Shown piece by piece: positions 28,739 through 38,716 of a stretch of DNA of 64,000 nucleotides. The position numbers and the translations under genes were made by a program. A model generated the notes under the pieces. The model saw only the letters and a program-made list of their open reading frames with translations, had not been told where the DNA came from and did no database searches. This DNA is from Candidatus Latescibacterota bacterium. Lineage in GTDB: Bacteria; Latescibacterota; UBA2968; UBA8231. The stretch's first letter is position 1. Each line of letters starts with the position of its first letter. The DNA lies in assembly GCA_965203175.1 (NCBI GenBank), contig OZ241867.1:3776001-3840000 (forward strand). Reading direction: 5' to 3'.

Positions 28739-28984
28739 GACTTTTGCTCGGGTAAATAGTCCTCCCCAAGCCGAAACAACGCCTCCGTCAGACGAGGCTT
28801 CTTCAGAAATGGCGAAATTTGTGCGACGGCGTCTGATCTGGAATGCCGTACAAATTCCTCATTTTTGACGGCGATGTAGGATTCGGTGAAATTGTCATCG
28901 CCCAGAGTCTCATGTCGCTTACTCGCACAAAGGAGTTAATCCCGTGCTCACTACCGCCTGCAATCCTGGCAATCAGTAAACGCC

Positions 28985-29563
28985 TTGTCGAATTACTACG
29001 AACATGGACCGCTGGTTCTGTTGCAGCGTCCAGTCGCTCTCATCGGTTTCCTCGGCGTTGACCAGCACGGCTTGGGCCGCGACTTGGCCGCCTTAAGCGG
29101 CTTGACCCTCATTGAAGTGGATCGCTGGATCGAACACGAGGCTGGCCAGTCCTTGGTTGCCCTCGTGCAGACACAGGGCATAGAGGCTCTGCGCCAATTA
29201 GAAGATCGTTTCCTCACCCGAGCACTGGCCGCTCGTCCGCCCGGGATCGTCGTCTTGGGCGATGGGGCGCTGATCAAAGAGACTAACCTTCGGCAGGTAC
29301 TGGACAAAGCGACGTTGGTGTATCTCAAATTGTCGCTGGCTAGCACCTATTGGAAGCTGCGCCACCAAGCCGTAAGGCCGCATCCGCTGCTGCTACAACC
29401 GCCCGAAAGTACGGAGGAACTCCGGCCGTTGTTGGCCGAGCGCCAAGGCGGCTTTGACCAAGCCCATGTAACATTGGACATGGACGAGATGACGCCAGAG
29501 GCGGCGCTGCGACACCTGTTGGATAAGCTGCCCCAATGGGGAACGGCGCGGTCCGTATCTTAG
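28985..29563 (+). CDS. Shikimate kinase-like protein with a degenerate P-loop
   Basis: VALIGFLG, LIEVDRWIE..AGQS, G.E.LRQLE, LGDGA, VYL and RP follow the AroK fold pattern, but GKS/T is replaced by DQH. TTG start is uncertain. Confidence 0.7.
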   Translation: MSNYYEHGPLVLLQRPVALIGFLGVDQHGLGRDLAALSGLTLIEVDRWIEHEAGQSLVALVQTQGIEALRQLEDRFLTRALAARPPGIVVLGDGALIKETNLRQVLDKATLVYLKLSLASTYWKLRHQAVRPHPLLLQPPESTEELRPLLAERQGGFDQAHVTLDMDEMTPEAALRHLLDKLPQWGTARSVS

Positions 29564-29639
29564 GTTTGCTCTACCCGGCCTCCAGCGATACTTTTTTGAC
29601 CGAACTCGCCCTTGCTCTCATCATCTCAGGAGACTTGTC

Positions 29640-31121
29640 ATGTTAGACCCTCAGTTCCTCCTCGGCGACGAGGAGATGCAGCGGTTCATAGCCGAGGGCT
29701 ATCTCACGCTCAAATCCTCGCTTCCCGCTTCCCTCCACCAGGACATCTACCAGCGCACGGAAGAGGTCTTTGCCAAGGAGGGCAATCCCGGCAACAACGT
29801 CCTGCCTCGCATCCCGGCGTTGCAGCAGGTCTTTGACGATCCGGTCGTGCGCGGTGCCCTCACTTCGGTGGTCGGGTCGGATTACGTTATGCACGCCCAT
29901 CGACACTGCCACATCAATCGCGCCGGCAGCGAGGGCGGTGGCTGGCACAAGGACAGCTACTGGGGCTATCACAAGGTGCGCTATCACCGCAATCGCTGGG
30001 TGATGATCTTCTACTACCCACAAGACGTCACCTTGGAAAACGGTCCCACTGCGGTCATGCCCGGCACGCACTACTACAATGGCCGCGCAGACGACGAGCA
30101 GGACGAGCGCCACTTGCCGGTCCTCGGCGAGGCCGGCACTTGTACCTTGGTGCATTTTGACTTGTGGCACCGGGCCATGCCCAATAGCACGGACGCCAAC
30201 CGCTATATGATGAAGTTCCAATTTACCCGCCTCAGCGAGCCGAGCCGGCCCAGTTGGAACATCCAAGCCCCGGGGTGGCCGGCCAACGGCTCGGTGCCCT
30301 CTAGCAAGCATCGAGTCGTGTGGTCGCGGATATGGGATTGGCACGCGGGAGCCCAAAATCGCGCCGAGGCCAACGGGCAAATTGAGCAACTAAGCGAGTC
30401 CCTTAACGGGACGTTGGAACAACGCTTGGCAGCGACCGATGCCCTCGGCGCGTTGGGGGAAAAGGCCGCCCCCGCACTGGACGCGTTGCTCGACGCGCTG
30501 GGCGACGAGGCCGAGCCGGTGCGTCTCAACGCGGCGTATGCCTTGGGTGCAGTGGGTGCGGTTGCAGTAGGCCCGTTGCTTGCAGCCCTTGACGACGAGC
30601 GGGAACACGTGCGGGAACACGCGGCGTATGCGCTCGGTGCAGTGGGGGAGGAAGCTGTGGACGCTTTGGTTGCGGCTCTCGGCGATGAGCGGGAACACGT
30701 GCGGGGTTTTGCCGCGTATGCGCTGGGTGACATGGGGGCAAGCGCTGGAACCGACGCCGTAGATGCCCTGTGTAAGCTGGCTGACGATCCGGACGCATGG
30801 GTACGGCGCAACGTGGCCGAGGCCCTCGGAACCATCGAGCTGAATCCAGACGCCTCCGTGCCCGCGTTGGCTGCGTTGCTGGCGGACGAGGACGAGCAGG
30901 TGCGCTTCAACGCCGCGTATGCGCTGGCCCACTTCGGTCCGGCGGCGGCGGCGGCTACAGCTGCGTTGGCCGCGGCCCTCAGCGACGAGAATCGCTACGT
31001 CCAGGGACATAGCACGGCGGCCTTGCAACAGATTGGCACGCCCGAGGCCCAAGACGTATTGCTACACCATTTGACCGCGGCGCGTTGGTGCCCCATAACG
31101 ACCAAGGAGACCACGTTCTGA
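29640..31121 (+). CDS. Phytanoyl-CoA dioxygenase (PhyH) family domain fused to HEAT/PBS-lyase repeats
   Basis: F..EGYL, WHKD, NGPT..MPGTH, LWHR..PN; C-terminal LxD....VR..AAYALG repeats. Confidence 0.88.
   Translation: MLDPQFLLGDEEMQRFIAEGYLTLKSSLPASLHQDIYQRTEEVFAKEGNPGNNVLPRIPALQQVFDDPVVRGALTSVVGSDYVMHAHRHCHINRAGSEGGGWHKDSYWGYHKVRYHRNRWVMIFYYPQDVTLENGPTAVMPGTHYYNGRADDEQDERHLPVLGEAGTCTLVHFDLWHRAMPNSTDANRYMMKFQFTRLSEPSRPSWNIQAPGWPANGSVPSSKHRVVWSRIWDWHAGAQNRAEANGQIEQLSESLNGTLEQRLAATDALGALGEKAAPALDALLDALGDEAEPVRLNAAYALGAVGAVAVGPLLAALDDEREHVREHAAYALGAVGEEAVDALVAALGDEREHVRGFAAYALGDMGASAGTDAVDALCKLADDPDAWVRRNVAEALGTIELNPDASVPALAALLADEDEQVRFNAAYALAHFGPAAAAATAALAAALSDENRYVQGHSTAALQQIGTPEAQDVLLHHLTAARWCPITTKETTF
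30531..30730 (+). repeat. 90-bp-period HEAT-repeat duplication visible at DNA level
   Basis: GAGCGGGAACACGTGCGGG identical at 30597 and 30687; GC.GCGTATGC at 30531, 30621 and 30711. Confidence 0.7.
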
Positions 31122-32371
31122 GCAAATCACGCGTGAAGGCTAGGGTTCACCAATACATCGGCGAGCATCGAGAGGAGTTGCTCGGCAGCTTGCAGACGCT
31201 CGTGCGCGTGGATACCACCAATCCGCCGGGGCGGAACTACCGAGCGATGACCGACGAGCTCTTGGAGCGCTGCCAGGGCTTAGGGATGCAGGCCAAAGTC
31301 CACCGCGTTCCAGACCAAGAGGTGCGCCGCGTGCTCGGCTCGGACGAGTTTCCGCGCTACAACCTGATTGCGCGGTGGGATGCGGGCCGGTCGCAGACCG
31401 TGCATTTCAACGCCCACTACGACGTGGTACCTTGTTCCGGGCAGTGGAAATTCGGCAATCCTTTTGAGCCAGGGCTGGCCGGCGATGCGCTCTACGGCCG
31501 CGGCTCCGGGGACATGAAAGGCGCGATCACCGCATTGCTGATGGCCGTGGAGGCGCTCAAGGAAACGGGTGCTGAGCCAGCTTTTAACATTGAGTGTTCG
31601 TTTACTGCCGACGAGGAGACCGGCGGCCAATTGGGCGCGGGATGGATTGTAAACAAAGGGCTGGTGAACGCCGATTTCGCGGTCGTCTGCGAGGGGGCGG
31701 CCGGGACGCAGGTCGGCTGTGGCCACAACGGCGTGCTGTGGTTGGAGGTCGAACTGAAGGGCAAGGCTGCCCACGCTTCTAGCCCGGAACAAGGGGTCAA
31801 TGCCTTTGAAGCCATGTCGAGCGTAGTGCAGAAGTTGCAAGCTTACAAAAAGAAACTGAATGCGCCCCGGCGCTGCTACGTGGATTTCGACGGTCGGTCG
31901 CGCAACCCCACGCTCAATATCGGTGGCACGTTCGCGGGTGGAGAGGGCGACAAGGTCAACACCGTGCCCGCCTATGCCCGCTTTTCGCTGGACCGCCGCT
32001 TAGTGCCCGGCGAACAGATTGCGGCTGTCGAACGCGAGCTGCGACGCGCTGTGGAGCGGGCCGCTGAGCCGCCCTGCCGAGTAGCAGCGCCGTTGCAGAT
32101 TGAACCTTGCGTAGTCGATGCCGAGCACGCGCTGCCCCAGGCATTTGCACAGGCTGTGCAAGCCGTGCGCCGCCGCTCTGCTAGTTACCGGCTCAGCTCT
32201 GGCTTTACGGACTTGCACTACTTTGCGGTTGACGGCGGCCTGCCCGGCATTGGTTATGGCGTAAAGGGTGAGCGCGCGCACGGAGTGGATGAGCGCGTGC
32301 GGGTGCGCGACTTGGCGTTGACAGCGCGCACGTACGCCGAGTTTATGCTGCGCGGTTTGGAGGTCCATTGA
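31118..32371 (+). CDS. M20 family metallo-hydrolase (ArgE/DapE-like)
   Basis: NAHYDVVP, YGRGSGDMKG, DEETGG, GKAAHAS, AHGVDE. AAGGAG lies 8 nt before a CTG at 31118; start is uncertain. Confidence 0.88.
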   Translation: MSKSRVKARVHQYIGEHREELLGSLQTLVRVDTTNPPGRNYRAMTDELLERCQGLGMQAKVHRVPDQEVRRVLGSDEFPRYNLIARWDAGRSQTVHFNAHYDVVPCSGQWKFGNPFEPGLAGDALYGRGSGDMKGAITALLMAVEALKETGAEPAFNIECSFTADEETGGQLGAGWIVNKGLVNADFAVVCEGAAGTQVGCGHNGVLWLEVELKGKAAHASSPEQGVNAFEAMSSVVQKLQAYKKKLNAPRRCYVDFDGRSRNPTLNIGGTFAGGEGDKVNTVPAYARFSLDRRLVPGEQIAAVERELRRAVERAAEPPCRVAAPLQIEPCVVDAEHALPQAFAQAVQAVRRRSASYRLSSGFTDLHYFAVDGGLPGIGYGVKGERAHGVDERVRVRDLALTARTYAEFMLRGLEVH

Positions 32372-33108
32372 GCGAAAATTTGCGATGCTTCCTGTGGACG
32401 GCGTACGACCGCTTGGGCGGGCTGGTGGGCTACAACTTGCTGTGGAGCGCGTTGAGTCTGCCCTGGATCGCAGGGGCGTACGCGCTTTTGCAAGTAGGGT
32501 TTGGGCTGGGTGGCGTGGGTCTGGTGGGAGCTGCCGTCTTAGCCGGTACCCTGCTGTTGAGCGCACCGGCCACGGCCATGCTCTTTGCCGCTGGGGCCGC
32601 TTGGGCGCGGGGCAGGGACTTTGGCCTGCGGGAGTTCTGGGCGGCTGGTCGCGCGCTTTTTTGGCGCGCCCTCGCGTTGGGATTGCTGATGGTTGCCGCT
32701 GTCGCGCTGGTGCTGGCCAACGTGGTTTTTTATCAGCGGATCGGCGGCTGGCTGGGGGTGTTTTTGGGTGGGCTGATGGTCTGGTTCCTGCTGCTGGTGG
32801 GCATGGTTGCGGTGTATGTCTTTCCGGTGCTGGTCACCCAAGAGGGATCGGTGTGGTCCACGCTGCGCTACAGTTTTCTCCTGTCGGTTGATAATGTAAA
32901 ACTCTCGCTGGTTTTTCTGTTGACCGCAGGCTTGGCTTTGGGCCTTGGCGTCGCTTCTGGATTGGGGTTGTTCTGCGGCGGCTTGGCGGCTTGGTCTTTG
33001 TGGATCAGCGTCGGCTTTCGCGCGCTCTTGCCCAAGTACACGGGCCAGCCTCTGCCCCGCGAAGGTCCGCGCCGGCTGCGCGAACTGATCCGCCCCTGGG
33101 AGGCTTGA
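32368..33108 (+). CDS. Integral membrane protein, DUF624/YesL-like
   Basis: NLLW...SLP...APATAML pattern; about 6 TM segments; TTGA overlap with the upstream gene. Confidence 0.65.
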   Translation: MSENLRCFLWTAYDRLGGLVGYNLLWSALSLPWIAGAYALLQVGFGLGGVGLVGAAVLAGTLLLSAPATAMLFAAGAAWARGRDFGLREFWAAGRALFWRALALGLLMVAAVALVLANVVFYQRIGGWLGVFLGGLMVWFLLLVGMVAVYVFPVLVTQEGSVWSTLRYSFLLSVDNVKLSLVFLLTAGLALGLGVASGLGLFCGGLAAWSLWISVGFRALLPKYTGQPLPREGPRRLRELIRPWEA

Positions 33109-33111
33109 GCA

Positions 33112-34674
33112 TTGGACTTGCCCAAACTGGTAACGGGACGAGAAATGGCTGCGGTTGATCAGCGCACGATCGCAGAGGCGGGTATTTCTAGCGCCGAACT
33201 TATAGAGCAGGCAGGTACAGAGGTGGTTGCGGCCATTGCAGCGCGCTGGGATGGCTTGGCTGGTTTGCAGGCTGTGGTCTTGTGCGGCAAAGGCAACAAT
33301 GGCGGCGACGGGTTTGCTGTAGCTCGGCTCTTGCGCGCTGGCGGTGGGTCGGCGCGCGTCTTCCTCGCGGCAGACCGCGCGGACGTGCAAGGAGCTGCGG
33401 CCGAGCACTTGCGTCGTTGCGAACAGGAGGGTGGGGCCGTCGAAGTGCTCGGTGAGGACTTGGCCCCGCTCGACGCTGCGATTCAGAAAGCCGACTTGGT
33501 GATTGACGCGCTTTTGGGGACTGGATTGCGCGGGGCACCCCGTCCCACTATGGCGCGCGTCATCGAGCGCATTGTCCATTGCGAAAGGCCGATAGTGGCC
33601 GTGGATATTCCCTCGGGGGTCGAGGCCGACACTGGGCAGGTCCACGGCGCGGCTGCTCAAGCGGTGCTGACAGTGACCTTTGGATTGGTCAAAGTCGGGC
33701 AGCTATTCTATCCCGGCCGGTCGCATTGCGGTGCGCTGCACTTGGCCAATATCGGTTTCCCTGAGTCTATGCTACGCGATGCGGTTGCCCAGGCTCTGTT
33801 GCTTTCCGCCGAGGGGCTGGGGCCGCTCGTGCCTCGGCGGCGCGGTGACGAGCACAAGGGAAGCTGTGGGACGGTGGCCGTGGTCGCAGGTTCGGTGGGC
33901 ATGACCGGCGCGGCCGCGCTGACGGCGGATGCCGCGCTCAGGAGCGGGGCGGGCCGCGTCCATCTAGGGGTACCCGCAAGTCTCAACGACATTCTCGAGG
34001 TCAAGCTCTCGGAGGTGATGACCCGGCCGTTGCCCGAAGTGCGCAAGCGGCGCTGTTTGTCGCTACGGGCTTTGGGTGCGGTGCTCACTATGTTGACGCG
34101 GGCCGATGTCTTGGCCTTGGGGCCGGGGTTGGGGCGCTATCGGGAGACTGAGGAGTTGGTGAGGCGGTTGGTGTTGCAAACTGAGTTGCCTCTCGTTTTG
34201 GATGCGGACGGGCTTAGTGCGTTTGCCGGACAGGCCGATGTGCTAAGGGGCCGCTCGGCACCGCTGGTTCTCACGCCCCATGTGGGCGAGTTCGCCCGCT
34301 TAAGCGGGTTGGACAAGCGGCAGATTACCGATGCGCCCATGGCCGTGGCCCGCGACTTTGCCGGCGAATTCGGCGCGACGCTCGTGTTGAAGGGAGCGCC
34401 GACTGTCGTGGCTTTGTCCGATGGGCGCGTGGCGGTCAACTCCACGGGCAATCCGGGCATGGCCACGGCCGGGTCGGGCGACGTGTTGACCGGGATCATT
34501 GCCGGGCTGATGGCCCAAGGGCTAGGTGCGGAGGCCGCGACCTGTCTCGGGGTCTATGTCCACGGCCGGGCTGGCGATCGGGCGGTTGAGAGGCTGGGAG
34601 AATGGGGGATGCGGGCGGGCGATATAGCCGACGAAATCGCCTTGGCCATAGTAGATGCGGCGCAGTCTGCTTGA
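33112..34674 (+). CDS. nnr: Bifunctional NAD(P)HX epimerase/dehydratase
   Basis: CGKGNNGGDG, DALLGTGL, AVDIPSG, HKG, GPGLG, LDADG, LTPH.GE, ATAGSGDVLTG. Confidence 0.93.
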   Translation: MDLPKLVTGREMAAVDQRTIAEAGISSAELIEQAGTEVVAAIAARWDGLAGLQAVVLCGKGNNGGDGFAVARLLRAGGGSARVFLAADRADVQGAAAEHLRRCEQEGGAVEVLGEDLAPLDAAIQKADLVIDALLGTGLRGAPRPTMARVIERIVHCERPIVAVDIPSGVEADTGQVHGAAAQAVLTVTFGLVKVGQLFYPGRSHCGALHLANIGFPESMLRDAVAQALLLSAEGLGPLVPRRRGDEHKGSCGTVAVVAGSVGMTGAAALTADAALRSGAGRVHLGVPASLNDILEVKLSEVMTRPLPEVRKRRCLSLRALGAVLTMLTRADVLALGPGLGRYRETEELVRRLVLQTELPLVLDADGLSAFAGQADVLRGRSAPLVLTPHVGEFARLSGLDKRQITDAPMAVARDFAGEFGATLVLKGAPTVVALSDGRVAVNSTGNPGMATAGSGDVLTGIIAGLMAQGLGAEAATCLGVYVHGRAGDRAVERLGEWGMRAGDIADEIALAIVDAAQSA

Positions 34675-34782
34675 CATGTTTGAAGCGATGCTTTAATCTG
34701 GAAATGGAAGTGGAAACGGAGTGCCGGTGCGGGGTGCTTCTTGGTTTTTCATTTAATTAACAGGATTTACAGGGCTTGCGTT

Positions 34783-35277
34783 ATGGCCGATGTCAAAGAC
34801 GCCATTGAAGAAATGATCGAAGAGTCCTACTTGCTGGGGCTTTCGGAAGAGGAAATTCTCGCTGATTTTAGCCGCTTTATCGATACCTGTTATACCGTTA
34901 TTCAGGACAACGTAAAAAGCCGCGAAGCGCTCAGTCGCTTGGCCGAAAATTTGGCGCGCGAGAAGACCAGTACTCGCATCGCCGACCACTCCACTGATAT
35001 AGGAAAAGTCGCGGCCAAGGACGCCCAGCGGGCCTGCGCTGAAAAAGCGGCGCGCCGCAAGCGCATGGTCTTAAAAGCCATTGCCGACTACGACCCCCAC
35101 CTCGTCCGCCTCATCAACGAGCAGCGCTTTCAGGTAGATCTCCAGGAAGAAGTGGCGCGCCCCAAGTTCAAGGTCCATCGGGACCACGATTGGGAGCGCT
35201 ATGGCCAGTTCTTGCTCAAGGTCGGCTGCATCACTGTGGTCGCGCTCATCCTATTCCTCATTTACCTAAGGCTTTAG
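34783..35277 (+). CDS. Hypothetical protein with a C-terminal membrane anchor
   Basis: 164-aa helical ORF from ATG 34783 with a hydrophobic C-terminus; upstream TTGACA (34671), 17 bp spacer, TAATCT. Confidence 0.6.
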   Translation: MADVKDAIEEMIEESYLLGLSEEEILADFSRFIDTCYTVIQDNVKSREALSRLAENLAREKTSTRIADHSTDIGKVAAKDAQRACAEKAARRKRMVLKAIADYDPHLVRLINEQRFQVDLQEEVARPKFKVHRDHDWERYGQFLLKVGCITVVALILFLIYLRL

Positions 35278-35487
35278 GACAGTACGAGTTGATCAAAACG
35301 TGCAGTCTAGGCCTCTTCATCGAGTCGTTCGCACAAGGTCCGCGGAAAGGTTGGTTTGGATGGAGATCAGGCCGGTGCGCACTCCCTGGAGTGGGACGCG
35401 TACTCGGGCCACTCGCAGTCCCATGTAGTAACCACTCGCCCTGTTGTGCCGCCATTCGTCCGCGTCTTTCACATTCGCTAGAACTTC

Positions 35488-38400
35488 ATGCCCAAACGCA
35501 CAGATATTGAAAAAATAATGCTCATCGGCTCTGGCCCCATCGTCATTGGCCAAGCCTGCGAGTTTGATTACTCGGGAACGCAAGCCTGTAAGGCACTGGC
35601 CGAAGAAGGCTACGACATCGTCTTGGTCAACAGCAATCCGGCCACGATTATGACCGATCCAGAGGTGGCCCATCGGACTTATATCGAGCCGATTACGCCG
35701 GAGATTTGCGCGCGGATCATCGCCGAGGAAAAGCCGCAGGCCCTCCTGCCGACGCTTGGCGGCCAAACCGCACTCAATACAGCGGTGGCCTTAGCCGAAA
35801 GCGGAGCCCTCGCCGAGCACAATGTCGAGATGATTGGCGCTCCACTCAATGCCATCAAGATGGCCGAAGACCGCGAACTCTTCAAAGCCGCCATGGATCG
35901 GGCTGGGTTGGACATGCCTCGTGGAGCCTTCGTCCACAGCTTTGAAGAGGCGCAAAAGCACCGTGCCGACTTGGGCTTCCCGACGATCATCCGCCCCGCT
36001 TTTACGCTAGGAGGCTCTGGCGGCGGCGTAGCGTACAACGCCGAGGAATTCGAGCGGATCGTGCGCCACGGGCTCGACCTGAGTCCAATCGACGAGGTGT
36101 TGATCGAGGAATCGGTGCTCGGGTGGAAGGAATTCGAGCTGGAGGTCATGCGCGATCACCGCGACAACGTGGTCATCATCTGCTCGATTGAAAACTTCGA
36201 CCCCATGGGGATCCACACCGGCGACAGCATCACGGTCGCGCCAGCGCAGACTTTGTCCGACAAGGAATATCAACACATGCGCGACGCGGCCATCCGCATC
36301 ATGCGCGAGATCGGCGTAGATACCGGCGGGTCCAATATCCAGTTCGCGGTCAATCCCACCGACGGCCGCATGGTAGTAATCGAGATGAACCCCCGGGTCT
36401 CGCGCTCTTCGGCGCTGGCGTCCAAAGCAACGGGCTTTCCCATTGCCAAGATCGCCGCCAAACTGGCCGTGGGCTACAGTCTGGACGAAATTCGCAACGA
36501 CATCACCCGCGAGACCCCGGCGTCTTTTGAGCCGACCATCGACTACGTAGTGACCAAAATTCCGCGCTTTACCTTTGAGAAATTTCCCAGCACGCCGGAC
36601 GCACTCGACACCCAGATGCGCTCGGTGGGAGAGACTATGGCCATTGGCCGCACCTTTAAGGAGTCGCTGCAAAAGGGCCTGCGCTCGCTGGAGGTTGGCC
36701 GCGCGGGTTTTGGGGCCGACGGCAAGGACCTCAGCGCGGCCGAGGTGGCCGACGAGGAACTGCGCGAGAAATTGATGCGTCCCAACTCCCAGCGCATGTT
36801 CTACCTCAAGCTGGCCATCGCCAAAGGCTATACTCACGACGAACTCTATGGCCTCACGGGTATTGATCCGTGGTTTCTCGATCAGCTCTACCAACTTTTT
36901 GAACTCGAACAGCAGCTAGCGCGCGAAGACGTACTCGCCGATGTCGCCTTGTTGCGCCGCGCCAAGGAGTGGGGATTTAGCGATCGCCAGCTAGCGCATC
37001 TCAATGGCTGCGACGAGGCGGGTGTCCGTCGGTGTCGCCTCGAGTTGGACATTCGCCCGGTGTACAAAACAGTCGATACTTGCGCCGCTGAGTTCGAAGC
37101 CCACACGCCGTACCACTACTCGACGTACGACCGCGAGGACGAAGTGCAGCGCTCGACGCGCAAGAAGATCGCCATCCTCGGCGGAGGGCCGAACCGCATC
37201 GGCCAGGGAATTGAGTTCGATTACTGCTGCGTCCACGCGTGTTTTGCGCTGCGCGAAATCGGCTATGAGACCATCATGGTCAACTCCAATCCCGAGACGG
37301 TCAGCACGGATTACGACACGGCCGACAAGCTCTACTTCGAGCCGCTGACGATCGAAGACGTGCTGCACATCGTCGAGCGCGAAGCCCCAGACGGCGTCAT
37401 CGTGCAGTTCGGAGGGCAGACTCCGCTGAACTTGGCGGCCGAACTAGCGCGCGAGGGCGTGCCCATCATCGGCACCTCGCCTAGCAGTATTGACTTGGCC
37501 GAAGATCGCGAGCGCTTCGGCCAGTTGTTGAGCGAGTTGGGCATCCGCCAGCCGGAGAATGGCATGGCTTCCAGTTGTGACGAGGCGTGCGCGATTGCCG
37601 AGCAGATTGGCTTCCCAGTCTTGGTGCGGCCCTCTTATGTGCTTGGCGGGCGGGCCATGGTCGTCGCCTACGATGTCCAGGGTCTCGAAACCTACATCAA
37701 CGAAGCCATTGAGGTCGCGCCCGAGCGGCCCGTGCTCATCGACCGCTACTTGCAAGGCGCGGAGGAATTCGACGTGGATGCCGTGGCCGACGGGACGGAC
37801 GTGGTAGTCGGCGGAATCATGCAGCACATCGAGCACGCTGGCGTGCATTCGGGCGACAGCGCCTGCGCCTTGCCGCCCTACGACACGCCGGCCAGGCATA
37901 TTGAGGCCATGCGCGAGTACACCCACGCATTGGCGCGCTCGCTCGGCGTGGTTGGCTTGATGAACGTGCAATACGCCGTCTATCAAGGCGAGGTCTATGC
38001 GATTGAAGTAAACCCCCGGGCTTCGCGCACCGTGCCTTTTGTCAGCAAGGCCATTGGCCGCCCGCTGGCCAAGATCGCCGCGCTAGCTATGGTGGGGATG
38101 AGCTTGCGCGAGCAGGGCTTTACCGAGGAGGTCGCGCCCGCGCACATATCCGTCAAGGAGGCCGTGTTGCCCTTTATAAAATTCCCTGGGGCCGATAGCC
38201 TGCTGGGGCCGGAGATGAAGTCCACGGGCGAGGTCATGGGAATTGGCCACGACTTTGGCACGGCTTTCCTCAAGGCGCAGATGGGGGCGGGTTCGCTGCT
38301 GCCTTCGCGCGGCCGGGTCTTTATCAGCGTGGCCGATTGCGATAAAGAGGAGGTCTTGCCGGTGGCGCGCCGGCTGCGCGCGGCCGGGTTCGAGTTAGTG

Positions 38401-38706
38401 GCCACACAGGGCACGCGCGACTTCCTCGGCAAGCACGACATCGCTGCGGAGCGGGTGCACAAAATTCACGAGGGCAGCCCGCACGTCGAAGACGCGATTC
38501 GCAGCCGCCAGATTGATCTGATTATCAACACCCCTCTCGACGAACCTTCTTACCACGACGACTTCGCGGTGCGTCGAGCCGCAGTCGTAACCGGCGTGCC
38601 CTATACCACTACAATGGCCGGGGCTCGGGCTGCAGCTGCGGGTATTGAGGCGCTGCAACGCGCCGAACTGGGCGTGCAATCCCTGCAGGATTACCATCGG
38701 AGCTAG
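35488..38706 (+). CDS. carB: Carbamoyl-phosphate synthase large subunit
   Basis: [56 protein letters not shown]-terminal MGS domain. Confidence 0.98.
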   Translation: MPKRTDIEKIMLIGSGPIVIGQACEFDYSGTQACKALAEEGYDIVLVNSNPATIMTDPEVAHRTYIEPITPEICARIIAEEKPQALLPTLGGQTALNTAVALAESGALAEHNVEMIGAPLNAIKMAEDRELFKAAMDRAGLDMPRGAFVHSFEEAQKHRADLGFPTIIRPAFTLGGSGGGVAYNAEEFERIVRHGLDLSPIDEVLIEESVLGWKEFELEVMRDHRDNVVIICSIENFDPMGIHTGDSITVAPAQTLSDKEYQHMRDAAIRIMREIGVDTGGSNIQFAVNPTDGRMVVIEMNPRVSRSSALASKATGFPIAKIAAKLAVGYSLDEIRNDITRETPASFEPTIDYVVTKIPRFTFEKFPSTPDALDTQMRSVGETMAIGRTFKESLQKGLRSLEVGRAGFGADGKDLSAAEVADEELREKLMRPNSQRMFYLKLAIAKGYTHDELYGLTGIDPWFLDQLYQLFELEQQLAREDVLADVALLRRAKEWGFSDRQLAHLNGCDEAGVRRCRLELDIRPVYKTVDTCAAEFEAHTPYHYSTYDREDEVQRSTRKKIAILGGGPNRIGQGIEFDYCCVHACFALREIGYETIMVNSNPETVSTDYDTADKLYFEPLTIEDVLHIVEREAPDGVIVQFGGQTPLNLAAELAREGVPIIGTSPSSIDLAEDRERFGQLLSELGIRQPENGMASSCDEACAIAEQIGFPVLVRPSYVLGGRAMVVAYDVQGLETYINEAIEVAPERPVLIDRYLQGAEEFDVDAVADGTDVVVGGIMQHIEHAGVHSGDSACALPPYDTPARHIEAMREYTHALARSLGVVGLMNVQYAVYQGEVYAIEVNPRASRTVPFVSKAIGRPLAKIAALAMVGMSLREQGFTEEVAPAHISVKEAVLPFIKFPGADSLLGPEMKSTGEVMGIGHDFGTAFLKAQMGAGSLLPSRGRVFISVADCDKEEVLPVARRLRAAGFELVATQGTRDFLGKHDIAAERVHKIHEGSPHVEDAIRSRQIDLIINTPLDEPSYHDDFAVRRAAVVTGVPYTTTMAGARAAAAGIEALQRAELGVQSLQDYHRS

Positions 38707-38716
38707 GAGACAGCTC

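Noticed and set aside
35278-35487. HigA-like antitoxin remnant (MEIRPVRT...) or pyrimidine attenuator upstream of carB
   Set aside because: The similarity is limited to about 8 residues in a 22-codon frame, and no PyrR-binding loop or U-tailed terminator is visible.
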